Part shown: positions 63,168 to 64,000 of the stretch, one piece after another
How positions within the stretch are numbered: position 1 is the stretch's first letter
Layout: each line of letters begins with the position of its first letter
Source: Nemertoderma westbladi
Taxonomy: Eukaryota > Animalia > Xenacoelomorpha
Length of the DNA stretch: 64,000 nucleotides
Assembly: GCA_032718475.1 (NCBI GenBank)
Contig: JAUCBJ010000641.1
Coordinates: forward strand, 57,723-121,722
Direction of reading: 5' to 3'
Notes under the pieces: generated by a model
What the model saw: only the letters and a program-made list of their open reading frames with translations
What the model was told of the DNA's origin: nothing
Database searches by the model: none
Program-made: the position numbers and the translations under genes

Positions 63168-64000
63168 CTTATCTGACAATGCGACTCTTTAAAACTGAGA
63201 AAATTTAGTTTAGTTTAGTTTAATACGCCAAATACAAATAAAAATTAATATCATAATAATAAATAATAATAATAAATTAAATAATAATTAGGATATATCT
63301 ATTTAATTAATGAAGAAACAGTAATAACATAAAGTTCCTGATAGATAAGAAAAAGTAATAATATAAAGTACCTACCGCACCGTTAATAATAATATAAAGT
63401 AATCATACTGTATAACATATAACGCCACTACTACAGTACCATGTCGCCAAATCCACCCAAATGTCATCCGATGTCGTCACCATATACACCAATGCCACGC
63501 CTTGTAGTATTAATGGCTAATTATAGTAATGAAACATGTTTTATTAAGTATTTATTTCATTCCGAGCCATTTGAAATGTCTAAATAACAGTACAAACATA
63601 TTAAATTACAAAATATAGTTTAATGAGGTAAATTTCAACTAATAAGATACAAACATTATCTGACTACCCATATTAAGCCTTGAACTAGAAAGCCAGCAAG
63701 CTGGCTTTAAACGAACCTGCCCCTCAAACCAGTACCCTGAGTGAGTGAAAATAAAAACACGAAAATTGTCATCAACTCAACGATAGAAACACCAGCTGCT
63801 GGTATTCATGTGGGCCTAGTAAGCTACTACTATTTATTGAATGGATAGGCCCAAACTGCAGAGAAGTATATTACTTGCCAAAATTATTACTATCTCACTC
63901 TAACCCAGACAGTAATCAAATATCAACTGTAAGTTTGTATAATGTATTACCCCACCAGATGAATACCTCTTCCAAGTGAATCCTATGACAATAATCTATA

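Overview
AT-rich eukaryotic (probably invertebrate animal) DNA, mostly repeats. The one clear host gene is MEMO1 (minus strand, four exons at 13043-10621). Its next intron starts with a >10.6-kb array of a 42-bp unit copied from the exon end plus the GTGAGT donor. Next come a CR1/L2 LINE ORF2 and a nested cluster: an old non-LTR RT ORF interrupted by a young deleted BEL/Pao element (A, carrying an RTE fragment) and by a gag-only Gypsy element. A near-complete relative (BEL/Pao B) then abuts a 4.5-kb 30-bp satellite. The BEL/Pao family is the most unusual part. It lacks a tRNA PBS and instead has an 11-12 nt site complementary to its own LTR that covaries between A and B, suggesting self-priming. 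It has an extra ORF resembling a DEDD 3'-5' exonuclease plus zinc knuckles at the env position. One LTR carries a dense A-to-G cluster. All alignments and domain calls were made by eye.
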